DNA from: Candidatus Saccharimonadota bacterium
GTDB lineage: Bacteria > Patescibacteriota > Gracilibacteria > BD1-5 > UBA6164
Length of the DNA stretch: 32,000 bases
NCBI GenBank assembly: GCA_004563595.2
Contig: CP042461.1
Coordinates: 960,001-992,000 of the forward strand
Reading direction: 5' to 3'
Part shown: positions 1-9,920 of the stretch, one piece after another
How positions within the stretch are numbered: position 1 is the first letter of the stretch
Layout: every line of letters starts with the position of its first letter
Made by a program: the position numbers and the translations under genes
Notes under the pieces: generated by a model
Told to the model about the DNA's origin: nothing
The model's database searches: none
The model's input: only the letters and a program-made list of their open reading frames with translations

Positions 1-1110
1 ATGAGTGGATCAGAATAATTCCTCATACTCAGAATCATGATAATAAGAACTAATTCATAGCTTAGGAGAAACTGGCCATGAAAATATATTTTTTCATACT
101 ACTCAAAATCATTTCAATTTTGATTCAGCGTAAATAACTTTATTTAATTCAAGACATTTTCATTTTAAACTTGCTCATTCCAAAGTGTCTTTTCATAAAT
201 CTACAAATCTACATCCATACTTCTCTAATAGTTTTTGTTTTACATTATTAAATTTTATTTTCTCCTTAAATGTCCTTAATTTTACTGCTTTTTCTACTTT
301 TAGCTTGTCATAAATATATCTTTCATATAACGCTTGTCTTCACTTTGAAACTTTTATAATCCTCTCTTTGAAGTCTTTTTTATCATTTAAAATTTTTCTA
401 TCAATAATTCCAAACTTCCTTACTTGCTTTAACTTCATTTCTTGTTTTTCTAGATCAATCTTCTTGATATATAATTCTGAGACGAATTTTCTATGTTTAT
501 CAATCAGTTTTTTCCCAGTCACTTCAATGATTCATTTAAAATATAAATCATTTAAGATATCAGAAATATTTTCCTCATTTAAAAGAATAGTTTTTAGGTT
601 ATCTACTTCTGTTTCACCATAAACATTATTTCATTTCTTATATATATAAACTAAATACTTCAAAAGAACTTTTCTATTCTCATATATTTTTTTTCTTAAC
701 AACTCTATTGTTTTCTTACTCCCTCAAACCTCTTTTTTAATACTGATAATTTTTGCATTCACCTTATTTACTTTGTCAGTAGCCTCTTGAATATCGTCAT
801 CTAGCAACTGTATTGATTCTTCTAGTGATAGTATTCTCGCTGCAACATTTTCTTTTTTATTTTCAAGCTTTTCTCTTTCTGTAGATATTTTATCTTTAAT
901 ATTTCAAAAAATATTAATTTTTTTTGAAATATTAAAGATGCTAGCATCTTCTTTATCTATTTCTGATGTTTGAGTTTCAAATAATAACTCATACTGAGAT
1001 TTTTTAAAATTCTCTAAAATAGCTCCCTTTTGTTTTACTGAAAGGGCTCTCACTCAAGAAGAAAATAGAAAAAATATTAATAACAAAGAAATGATCTTTT
1101 TTTTATGCAT
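1..1110 (-). CDS. M23-family peptidoglycan metallopeptidase with signal peptide and long coiled coil (EnvC-like). The 3' end runs off the window start.
   Basis: With TGA read as Gly, the minus frame is open from the ATG at 1110-1108 (in-frame TAG just upstream at 1116-1114) to position 1. The N-terminus MHKKKIISLLLIFFLFSS looks like a signal peptide. About 300 aa of K/E-rich coiled-coil-like sequence follows. Near the window edge, FSWPVLPKLGISSYYHDSEYEELFGSTH matches the WPV..G.I(S/T)..F...H entry into the M23 catalytic domain. Confidence 0.65.
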
Positions 1111-1141
1111 GACCTATAATAAAAATTAAGCGACTGAAGTA

Positions 1142-1516
1142 CTAACTATCTATATTTTTAATAAATAACTCTGTAAAAATTAACAATAATAACAATGCAA
1201 ATCCCGCAATGAATATTGAAGCTCCGATAACCTTAAAAAATATTAAGGATAACAGAAAACTTGCAATAAAAAATCATTGCCTAAAGCTGGTTAATACATG
1301 GTGAATATAAATTTTTCACCTAAAGTATACTTTTTTTATAAAGTATAAAAAAAACGAAAAAAATGCTGATGCTCAGAGTAAAAAAGTAAACACAAGAGAC
1401 ATAAGTCAAATCATTTTATGACTATAGGGGTCTAAATAGTATATTATTAAGAAGAAAGTCATGAGACTTAGAAGGAATATAGCAAGGATTATTAACAGGA
1501 GGAATCTTTTTTTCAT
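1142..1516 (-). CDS. Small integral membrane protein (124 aa), hypothetical
   Basis: ATG at 1516-1514 and TAG at 1144-1142; 375 nt in frame. Translation MKKRFLLLIILAIFLLSLMTFFLIIYYLDPYSHKMIGLMSLVFTFLLGASAFF... shows about 4 hydrophobic helices. Four in-frame TGA codons read as Gly. No family recognised. Confidence 0.5.
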
Positions 1517-1593
1517 ATTTTTTTAAAAATTGATTGTAACAAGTATTAATATAAGGGAAAAACAATAAAAAACAACATTTACTTCTTATCTGT

Positions 1594-2400
1594 TTACAAT
1601 TTTGATCTTATTCTAATTTTCTCAATTGTTTCACATTTTCAATGATCTCAAATCTCTACACATACCCCATTCACAACATAATCATTTCATAAATTTTGTT
1701 CTATTTTTCATCCTAATCATGTGAGAAATCTCTTTTTTACACTTTCAAAGTCTGCTCATATCACAGAATACAATGGCCCATTCATTCATACATCTGATAT
1801 AAGTCATGTTCATTGAGGAAGAATAAGCTCATCATTCGTTTGAATATGCGTATGGGTTCCAAATACAAAACTTGCTTTCCCATCAAGTAAGTAAGCCATC
1901 CCATATCATTCTGATGTTGTTTCTTTATGAAAATCTATAAAAATTCCATCAAATTTTTCATTTTCTAGACTTTTTAATATTTCTTGAACTTTCAAAAAAG
2001 GATTATATACATCAAACTTCATAAAAGTATTTGCTATCAAATGAATAACAAGAAGTTTTTTTCAATTTTTTTCAACTATCTTATATCACTTTCCTGGTAT
2101 TTTATAATAACTCTGTTCGTAAAAATTAGCTGGTCTTATTAATTTTGAATCTGTTTTTTCTAGATAATCATATATACTCTGAAGGTTATCTAAAAAATGA
2201 TCTCATCCAGTCATAACATCCACTCCCAAATCCTCAATTTCTAATACATGTTTTTCTATAGGCCCTCTTCCAGAAGTAATATTCTCTATATTTGCAATTA
2301 TAAAGTCTGGTTTATGTTTCTTTATTAAACCTGGGAGTTCTTTTTTTATTCCTCCTCTTCCTACTCTTCAATATACATCTCAAAAAACTAAAACTTTCAT
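1594..2400 (-). CDS. ymdB: YmdB-like metallophosphoesterase (TIGR00282 family, 2',3'-cyclic-nucleotide phosphodiesterase)
   Basis: ATG 2400-2398, TAA 1596-1594, 268 aa. MKVLVFGDVYGRVGRGGIKKELPGLIKKHKPDFIIANIENITSGRGP...MTGGDHFLD...[35 protein letters not shown]...GMNGP reproduces the YmdB signature blocks. The conserved Gly residues in GDVYG, TGGDH and VGMNGP are TGA codons. Confidence 0.85.
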
Positions 2401-2423
2401 GATTTTAAATGATTAATTATTAA

Positions 2424-3587
2424 CTATTTTATTAACTCTCTTCTATAAAACGATACCAATACCATTTCAATTACTTTATATATAACAAAGAAATACAGCA
2501 ACTGTAATATAACAATACATATATAGTAACTCATTAGGCTCCTATTCAATGTCTCATTATCAACATTTTCAAATTCAAGTATAAGGCTTCTATAATCATA
2601 TTGATCTTCTTTTAACAGTTGTTGCCTCCCTTCTTGAGAAGCATTTCTATATTCAACATAATTCAGAGTATTTGATTGTTTTGCTTCAAAATAACTACTT
2701 GTAATTTCAAAAATGGGAAATAATATTATTGAAAAAACTATAATTATCGGTACAAGCTTGATTATCTTTTTAAATCCTTTTGTTAATTTAATTGATTCTT
2801 TCACATAAAATAGCGCTTTTTTATCATTAGAATAATTTTTATGGTCAGCAAAAATTATATAACTAAAATAAATTCTTACTGAAATACAAATAAACAAAAT
2901 AGCTGCAAACACAAACAGAGCAAAACTAATAATTGTAAAATAATTCATTGGCTGATCAGAAAGCATGATACTCAGTTTCTCAAAATCTCAGATACTTGAT
3001 ACTAACAAAAAGAAAGGTATCAAAAATACAAAAATAGGAATCAATAGATACAATATATTCCAGCCTGTAATTTGAAAGAATTTCAATACATTTTTTTCAT
3101 GTTCTCAAAACATCTTTCTCAAGAAAAAATACAGTCAAAATACAGGAACAAATAGAATAAATATTATCCATAAGACTATCTTTTTTGATGTAAAAGAATA
3201 GTCTTTGAAAAATTTCAGTTTTTTTCAGTTTTGATATTTTAAATACAATTTACTAAATAATACCTTTGAATAGAGTAATGTGATATAAAATACTGATGCT
3301 TGTAAAAATAAAAAAACAAACAGTACGAGATATAAAAATGGCCTCTCAGTGATCATAGTAATTAAATCTAATCATAACACTCAAGCAGAAAATTGTTCTC
3401 AAAGTAAAACCCAATCTATAGATCAAAAATATATAATTCATAGAGTAACAATTGCAAATGGGAGTTGAAAAATGATAGCTGTTAAAAATGTATAGACAAT
3501 TATAAATACTTTTGATATATTCCAGTGAAAAAAGTTTTTATATAGAAGTGAAACATCCAGGAAAATATGTTTAAATAATTTTATCAT
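2424..3587 (-). CDS. Multi-pass membrane protein (387 aa), hypothetical
   Basis: ATG 3587-3585 (in-frame TAA at 3593-3591), TAG 2426-2424; 1164 nt in frame. It extends track ORF 2424..2966 upstream through TGA codons. The sequence is highly hydrophobic (e.g. FIIVYTFLTAIIFQLPFAIVTLGIIYFGSIDWVLLG). No family recognised. Confidence 0.55.
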
Positions 3588-3751
3588 ACTTTATTTCATT
3601 AAGTATTAAATATTTCCAAATAGTTTAATTTGTTTTTATGTTTTGTAAAGTTTTTTAATGAATACAAAATTTGCTTTTTCTTGGGAAAAAGGTATAAAAA
3701 TATACATAAAATACCAAGCATTAAATAGCACAATATATATAAATAAATAGT

Positions 3752-5230
3752 ATGAAAAAATATGAAATAATATTCTGAGCTATAAAAGTCCCTCTGGATT
3801 TTATCATAATCTTTTTTGCATTTTTTATATCGCGTCAAATAAGACTCATTCATGATTTTGTTCCAGGCCTGAACCTCCCCGTACAAACTATAGATACTCA
3901 AAGCTTATCTCTCTTTGCATTCTTTTGAGCAACTCTCTATATTACAGTACTCGCGCTACATGGAATGTACTTAATAAAAATATTTAATTCTAAAATAAAA
4001 GAATTTTTAGAAATACTCAGGTATTCTTTCTATTTTTTTATATTCTTTTCTGTTGCTATATATCTCTGAAAATGAATTATTTATGAAACTGAGATACCGA
4101 GACTTATAATATTATTTACATTTATTATTTGAACAACTTTTATTATTCTGGAAAGGATTTTCTTGAATAATATGCTGTACCTTTTTTTGAAAAAATGAAT
4201 TATCTCAAAAAGAAAACTGATTATTGTCTGTAATAAGAAATCATCTGAAATTATAGATATTATAAATGATATCAAAGAATCTAACATTTATAATATTCTT
4301 TGATATATTAATAAAAAAGAAGTTGAAGCAAACAACCTAGAATATTTATGAAAGATTAAAGATATTCATAAAATATTTGAAGCAAAAAAGTGTGATGAGA
4401 TACTCTATATTGATAGTGATTTTGATAAAAAGGACCTCGTGAAGCTTTGGGAGTTATCAAGAATATACGCTGTAAGATATAGATATATCACAAATTCGTT
4501 TGATATTACAAAGACAAACACTACCCTCTCCCTCATAAATAAAATCCCTGTTATTGAAATCAAAAATACTTCTCTTGATAATTGGTGAAAGATACTCAAA
4601 AGATTATTTGATATATCTAGTGGTGTTCTATGAATAGTTATATTCTCTCCTCTTATGCTTATTACAGCAATACTTATCAAAATTGAAGATCCTTCATGAC
4701 CCGTTTTATATAAAAATAGGAGATTATGAGAAAAATGAAATCAATTTAATCTTTATAAGTTTAGGTATATTAAATGGGAGTTTTGCATCAAAGATGCCTA
4801 TTGAGTACATGAAGATAAAGATAAAGCTCTTAAATATGAACAAGAACTTATAGAAAAGCATAGTAGTAGAAAAGGCCCTCTCTATAAAATAAAAAATGAC
4901 CCCAGAAAAACAAAAATATGAACTTTTATAGAGAAGTACTCTATTGATGAAATTCCTCAATTTTTTAATATCCTTATATGAAATATGAGTCTTGTATGAC
5001 CAAGACCACATCAAAAAAGAGAGGTAGAAAAATATTCCATTGAACAGAAAAGACTCCTCACAATAAAACCTTGAATCACATGAATGGCTCAAGTAAATGG
5101 AAGAGAAGAAAATGACTTCAAAAAAGAAGCTGAACTTGATATCTTTTATATAGAGAACTGGAGCTTCCTCCTCGACCTCAAAATAATTTTAAAAACTTTT
5201 TCTGTTATAGCAGGAAGAATAAAAAAATAG
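3752..5230 (+). CDS. Polyprenyl glycosylphosphotransferase (bacterial sugar transferase, WbaP/EpsL-like, Bac_transf domain)
   Basis: ATG 3752 (in-frame TAA at 3740-3742), TAG 5228-5230, 492 aa. The N-terminal half is hydrophobic. The C-terminal catalytic domain reads RLFDISSGVLGIVIFSPLMLITAILIKIEDPSGPVLYKNRRLGEKGNQFNLYKFR...DEIPQFFNILIGNMSLVGPRPH...KPGITGMAQVNGR...DIFYIENWSFLLDLKIILKT. The antisense track ORFs at 3599..5092 overlap this frame and are spurious. Confidence 0.85.
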
Positions 5231-5254
5231 ACTTTAAAAGTCTCTTTTTTTATT

Positions 5255-5479
5255 CTATTTATTATTATTCCATTCGTCTATTCTTATATTTGCTTGTTTT
5301 AAAATTCTTGATAATAATCATACTCCGATATCTTTATTAGAATGAGTATTTGGAATAGTGAGGTCTAAATCTCACTTTGACATAAAAAGGTGCTTTCATC
5401 ATGAAAAAGGTCAATCAAATCACAGTTTTCTTAATTTTTTTACAAAATTAGTATGACTTATTGGGTTTATTTTTCACAT
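5255..5479 (-). CDS. hicA: HicA-family mRNA interferase toxin (74 aa)
   Basis: ATG 5479-5477, TAG 5257-5255. MGKINPISHTNFVKKLRKLGFDGPFSGGKHLFMSKGDLDLTIPNTHSNKDIGVGLLSRILKQANIRIDEW matches the YcfA/HicA pattern L..LGF...GGKH.FM.KG....IPN.H...DI...LL..IL.QA.I...EW. The start overlaps the hicB stop (ATGTGAAAAATAA). Confidence 0.8.
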
Positions 5480-5685
5480 ATTAAATCGTTGATATCATAA
5501 GATTCTACTTTTGGTATAAAAGTATGTTTTCTGACTTTAATAAGAATCCATTCTTCTAATACTTCTTTTAATTCTGATCTACATCCTTCCAATGTATCAG
5601 ATTCAGCCCAAACTCATGAAAATCATTCTATTTCTCAGTAAAATCCTTCTCCTCATTCCAGAATCTCATATTTTGATTTTTTCAT
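5467..5685 (-). CDS. hicB: HicB-like antitoxin (72 aa)
   Basis: ATG 5685-5683, TAA 5469-5467. MKKSKYEILEGGEGFYGEIEGFSGVWAESDTLEGCRSELKEVLEEWILIKVRKHTFIP fits the UPF0150/HicB N-terminal fold pattern (fyGeI..f.GvwA.g.TLEeCr.EL.evLEeWI). It is translationally coupled to hicA by a 13-nt overlap. Confidence 0.65.
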
Positions 5686-5783
5686 TGCACCCTCTATAAA
5701 TTCTGTTAGCATAAATCTACACTTAAAAAATTATTTTATATAGAAATTATATCTTGATCGATTGAAAAAGCAAATTAACAACT

Positions 5784-6182
5784 CTATTTGTTTTTTATTA
5801 CCTCTAATTCCCTTTCATCTTCAATATCTGTCTTTTTTAAAATAATTTCTATATCTGGAGTATAATACTTTTCAAGTAATTCTGGCCATTCTATCAAAAT
5901 GACTCATTCATTATTATCTAATATGTCTTCTCATCAAATAGCAAAAAATTCATCATAATTCTGAAGTCTGTACAAGTCAAAATGATATACATCCATATAT
6001 TTATTATAATACGTGTAGGTTGGGGATATTACATCGCCTGTTATTCATAATAGATCATTGATAATATATTTTGAAAGTGTTGTTTTTCATGCTCATAAAT
6101 CTCCTTTTAAAAAGATAATACATGGTTTATTAATAGGGAGTTCAATATCTCTTAAATTATCTAAAGAATACTTCTGTATCAT
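5784..6182 (-). CDS. tsaE: tRNA threonylcarbamoyladenosine (t6A) biosynthesis ATPase TsaE
   Basis: ATG 6182-6180, TAG 5786-5784, 132 aa. IIFLKGDLGAGKTTLSKYII...VISPTYTYYNKY...VYHFDLYRL...GVILIEWPE contains the TsaE/YjeE P-loop, SPT, HFDLYRL and IEWPE blocks. The P-loop Gly residues are TGA, while the Trp in IEWPE is TGG. Confidence 0.85.
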
Positions 6183-6271
6183 TTCAAATGAAATTAGTCG
6201 GCTAAAATTTGCTTTAATTTTTATAATACTATATAATTAATATATGTGATTTACAAACTAATAATAACTTT

Positions 6272-6622
6272 ATGGAAACTCTGATAGAAGTAAATAAAAA
6301 AGAAGAAAATTCTACCATTATTTTTGAATTTACTGGAGAACTAGACGAAACAAATGCCGATAAAACATTTAAAACAATTTATGATGATATCTGAGATTTT
6401 AAAGAAAAAGATATTATATTAAATTTAAAAGGATTAAAATACCTTAATTCAAAATCAATTTGATATATTGCCGATGTTTTCTCAAATGTAGAGGACTCTG
6501 ATAGAAAAATGTATATTACTAATTGTAATGAGTGAGTAAAAGATATTTTAGAACTTGTTTGAATAACAACTATTATTCCGACTCTTACTGACGAAAAAGA
6601 AGCCTTAGCGGAACTAAATTAA
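6272..6622 (+). CDS. STAS-domain protein (anti-sigma-factor antagonist, SpoIIAA-like)
   Basis: ATG 6272, TAA 6620-6622, 116 aa. METLIEVNKKEENSTIIFEFTGELDETNADKTFKTIYDDI...DIILNLKGLKYLNSKSIGYIADVFSNVEDSDRKMYITNCNEGVKDILELVGITTIIP follows the STAS layout (L.G.LD..., ...L.YI.S.G...L, ...V...L...G). No anti-sigma kinase gene lies adjacent. Confidence 0.7.
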
Positions 6623-6649
6623 GCCTTAGCCCTCCTCTCTTTAATAATA

Positions 6650-6686
6650 AAGATATAGATTAAAATCTATATCTTTTTATTTTTTT
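6650..6686. terminator. Bidirectional hairpin terminator between the convergent STAS and GT4 genes
   Basis: Stem AAGATATAGAT (6650-6660) pairs with ATCTATATCTT (6665-6675) across a 4-nt loop. It is flanked by an A-run upstream and a T-run downstream. Confidence 0.6.
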
Positions 6687-7774
6687 CACAATACTCCCTT
6701 CAATTTCTTTTCAAAGTTTTCTAGACTAAAGTTATTTGCTCTTTCCTCACAATCAGATCTCATTTCTAAACACCTCTCTGGACTCATTTCATTCACTGCT
6801 TTTATTATATCAGCAATATTTGCTTCTTTTTCAATTAATATTCAAGTTTTTTTATGAATGATCGATTCTTTCAATCATCAATCATTTACTCAGATTACCG
6901 GTTTTCATGCAGACATTGACTCTACTGGACTCATTCAAAAGTCTTCATCAATTGGTATGTATATCGTAGCAATAGCATTTCCAACATAATCAGGAAATCA
7001 GACATTTCATGGAAGCGTTACAAATTCAATATTGTTTACTCACGCTGAAATTTCAAAAATTTTATTTTTTTGTGGATCATTTTCTCAGTAAATTACAACG
7101 AGTTTTTTCTCTGGTAATTGCTTAAATGCTTTGACGATCTTATCCACTCTTTTTGCATCAGACAACCTTGCAAAACTGAGGTAATATTCTTTTTGTTCCA
7201 AGAACTTAAATTCAGCTCAATTTACAGGTGGGTATAACACAAATGAATCTAGTCATAAAAAATCCTTGATTCTTGCTTTTGTATTTTCTGAATTTGTAAG
7301 AATAATGTCCATTTTTTTGATATCTGATTCGTACATTCTTTTAAAAACATATGATACTATATTAAATATTGGTCTGATATAAAAAGGAATCTTACTTAAA
7401 TATATATTACGTAAATCATAGAGGTATCTTGGTGGAGTATGACAATAATATACTTTTTTAGTATTTTCACCACAGTTCCTGACTGCACTAATACAATCTC
7501 AAGAAAAAATGACCGTTTCATAATCACTCAGAAACTTTGTTTTAAACAAAAATGCTCCCTTCAGTTTAATATGTCTAAATCACTTTGCAAAGATCTCACT
7601 TGAAACTGAAATCATTTTTCAAGTAAAACCTTCTTTTCTTAAATCAAAGCTCCCTTTACTAAAAAAACCTGTTGCAATATCAGCTCCTAGAGCCTTTCAC
7701 ATCATTAAAATAAGCCTTTCCCCCCCTCATTTATAGAGAAAAGTATCATGAAGTATTATTGTTTTATTTTTCAT
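6677..7774 (-). CDS. Glycosyltransferase family 4 (GT-B, glycosyl transferases group 1)
   Basis: ATG 7774-7772, TAA 6679-6677, 365 aa. N-terminus MKNKTIILHDTFLYKGGGERL. The C-terminal domain ...[46 protein letters not shown] carries the E-x7-E glycosyltransferase-1 motif. Confidence 0.8.
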
Positions 7775-7802
7775 ACTTTACAAGGTTAGGTTATTTTTAA
7801 AT

Positions 7803-7873
7803 ATCAAGTCTTCCCTTAATCTAAGGGAAGTGTCTGGAACGAAGTGGAAGACGATGGCTTTTTATTTATCTTC
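7803..7873 (+). repeat. Hairpin repeat copy A (long form, diverged core)
   Basis: ATCAAGTCTTCCCTTAATCTAAGGGAAGT...TTTTTATTTATCTTC. The first 29 nt and last 15 nt are identical to copy C (8332-8398). The roughly 25-nt core has diverged with indels. It contains the hairpin CTTCCC-TTAATCTAA-GGGAAG. Confidence 0.8.
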
Positions 7874-7895
7874 CTTATTAATAGGGACAACATTT

Positions 7896-7943
7896 TAAAA
7901 ACCCATCCCCCTTCGGGTACTTCCCTTAAATTAAGGGAAGACT
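7896..7943 (-). repeat. Hairpin repeat copy B (short form, inverted relative to A, C and E)
   Basis: The plus strand reads TAAAAACCCATCCCCCTTCGGGTACTTCCCTTAAATTAAGGGAAGACT, which is the reverse complement of the A/C/E form. Its outer end overlaps the DUF559 stop codon (7942-7944). Confidence 0.85.
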
Positions 7944-8313
7944 ATACATGAGTTTGTATTCTTTGTAAAACTTTGTTTATATCATTAAAAATCTCTTTAT
8001 TTTGAAATCTTATCACTCTGAGTCATTTGTGCTTTAATAATTCTTCTTTTTCTTTATCTAATAATAAAACTTCCATTATATCATGAATACTTCCATCTAG
8101 CTCTATTATTAAATTTTTACCTGAACAATAAAAATCAGCAATCACAAATCTATTATGACCATTATCCTCAGTATATACAAAAATTGGTTTTTGCCTCATG
8201 AACCTTACTCATATTTGTTTATCCTTAATATGACTCCATAACTCTATTTCTGCTTTAGTCATATTTTTTCTCAAGTTTCTCGCAGCTCACTGTATTATAT
8301 CAGGTATAATCAT
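7942..8313 (-). CDS. DUF559 endonuclease-domain protein (Vsr-like, PD-(D/E)xK fold), 123 aa
   Basis: ATG 8313-8311, TAG 7944-7942. MIIPDIIQGAARNLRKNMTKAEIELWSHIKDKQIGVRFMRQKPIFV...FVIADFYCSGKNLIIELDGSIHD...LLDKEKEELLKHKGLRVIRFQNKEIFNDINKVLQRIQ matches the DUF559 consensus AR.LRKN.T.AE..LW..L.......FRRQ.PI..YI.DF.C...KLIIELDG..H.......D..R...L...G..V.RF.N.EV. Confidence 0.85.
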
Positions 8314-8331
8314 TCTCAAAAGTTAATTTTA

Positions 8332-8398
8332 ATCAAGTCTTCCCTTAATCTAAGGGAAGTACCCGAGGAACGAGGGGGATGGGTTTTTATTTATCTTC
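8332..8398 (+). repeat. Hairpin repeat copy C (long form)
   Basis: ATCAAGTCTTCCCTTAATCTAAGGGAAGTACCCGAGGAACGAGGGGGATGGGTTTTTATTTATCTTC. It forms an inverted pair with copy B across the DUF559 gene. Its right end overlaps the last codons and stop of the truncated mutS (stop 8391-8393). Confidence 0.85.
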
Positions 8399-9803
8399 TA
8401 TCCACCATCTTCCCTTTCAAATTACTCAACAAGTTCAAAGCTTCAACTGGAGTTAAATTATTCACATCAATGTTTTCTAATTCTTCTTCCACTTCAGATT
8501 TTTTTTCTATGTATTGTATTTCAGGTTCTGAAACTCTATTTCACATAGATCATAAACTCATTTGAGATGCCTTAGAATGCTCTTGTTCTAATTGTCTCAG
8601 CATATTTTTCGCTTCAGAAATCACTCATTTTGAAATTCATGCTATACGAGCAACCTCAAGTCAGAATGATTTTTTTATTCCTCAGGGAATAATTTTTCTG
8701 AGAAAAACTAAATTTTCTTCACTTTCTCAGACTGCTACAGAAAAACTTTTCACTCATTTTAATTTTTTTGATTCATCTATCAATTCATGATAATGAGTAG
8801 CAAATAATGTACGAGCCTTGATTTTATCATGATTTTCTTTAAGAATTGCCCAGGCAAGGCTCATCCCATCATACGTTGAGGTTCCCCTTCCAACTTCATC
8901 AATGATAACAAAACTCTTCGAAGTAGAGTTATGCAAAATATTTGCAACCTCTTGCATCTCTACCATAAAAGTGGATTGTCATAAAAAGAGATTATCACTC
9001 GCTCAGACTCTTGAAAAGATCCTATCTGTAAGTGGTATTTTAGCTTTCTCAGCAGGAACAAAGCTTCATATATGTGCGAGTAAAACAATAAGAGCATTTT
9101 GCCTGAGAAAAGTAGATTTTCATCACATGTTTGGTCAGGTAATAATATGAACAAAGTCTTTAGACGTTAAGTTCAGGTCATTACTTATAAAATCTTTCTC
9201 CATCTGCTCAACAACAATATGCCTTCATCAAATTATTTCTAAGTTATCTCACGATATAAGTTCTGGTTTTATATAACTATTTTCATAGGCAACATATGCA
9301 AGATTTGATACAAAATCTATATTGGAAATATTATTTCAAGCTTGTTTAACAGTCTTAAAGTCATTTAATATTTCAGCTCTTAATTCTAAGAATAACTCAT
9401 ATTCTCTCTGAGCTAATGAGCTTTCTGATTCTAGTAATTTATATTCAAACTCTTTCAACTCTTGAGTTACAAAACGAGAAGCATTTACAAGGGATTGTTT
9501 ATGAGTGAAAATATCCGGTACTTTTGAAAGCTGGCTCTTTGGGATTTCAATAAAATACCCTGATGCTCATGTAAACTTTATTTTTAACGTTGAAAGACTG
9601 TACTGTTTAACCAGATCTGCTTGATATCAAGCAAGCCATTGGTTTGAAGTTGCTATTATTTTTCTGTACTGATCAACTTGAGTATCAAATCCATCTGCAA
9701 TAATATTTCCTCACGTTATTGTATTATCCGCATCTTCTTTGAGCGTTTTATCAATCAGATGAATTATATTTTCTATTTGATCCACAAATCTACTGGTTAT
9801 CAT
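8391..9803 (-). CDS. mutS: MutS C-terminal portion only (part of core domain III, clamp IV, ATPase V, HTH), 470 aa. The mismatch-binding and connector domains are absent.
   Basis: ATG 9803-9801 immediately follows an in-frame TAA (9806-9804); TAA stop at 8393-8391; 1413 nt in frame. ...[19 protein letters not shown]...[19 protein letters not shown]...[11 protein letters not shown]...IIGGRHIVVEQ...[73 protein letters not shown]...[23 protein letters not shown]...LFATHYHEL. The alignment to E. coli MutS starts at roughly residue 355, from memory of that sequence. The Walker A codons at 9143-9111 contain three TGA at the invariant Gly positions. Confidence 0.85.
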
Positions 9804-9920
9804 TTATAATATATACAAAATTATTTTATTGACTGTTAGCTATTTGTAAAGAAAAATTTTGATTATTTTCATAAAAGTTATATCCTTGATGCAATAAATA
9901 AATTATTATAAATAATCTGC

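Noticed and set aside
3599-5092. Minus-strand track ORFs 3599..3901, 4081..4287, 4405..4680 and 4724..5092.
   Set aside because: All lie antisense to the 492-aa glycosylphosphotransferase, whose plus-strand frame is open throughout and carries strong family motifs. The antisense products are low-complexity and start at non-ATG codons.
8902-9154. Track ORFs 8902..9150 (+) and 8960..9154 (-) inside mutS.
   Set aside because: They are off-frame or antisense artefacts created by treating the TGA codons of the MutS Walker A region as stops. The MutS frame explains the whole interval.
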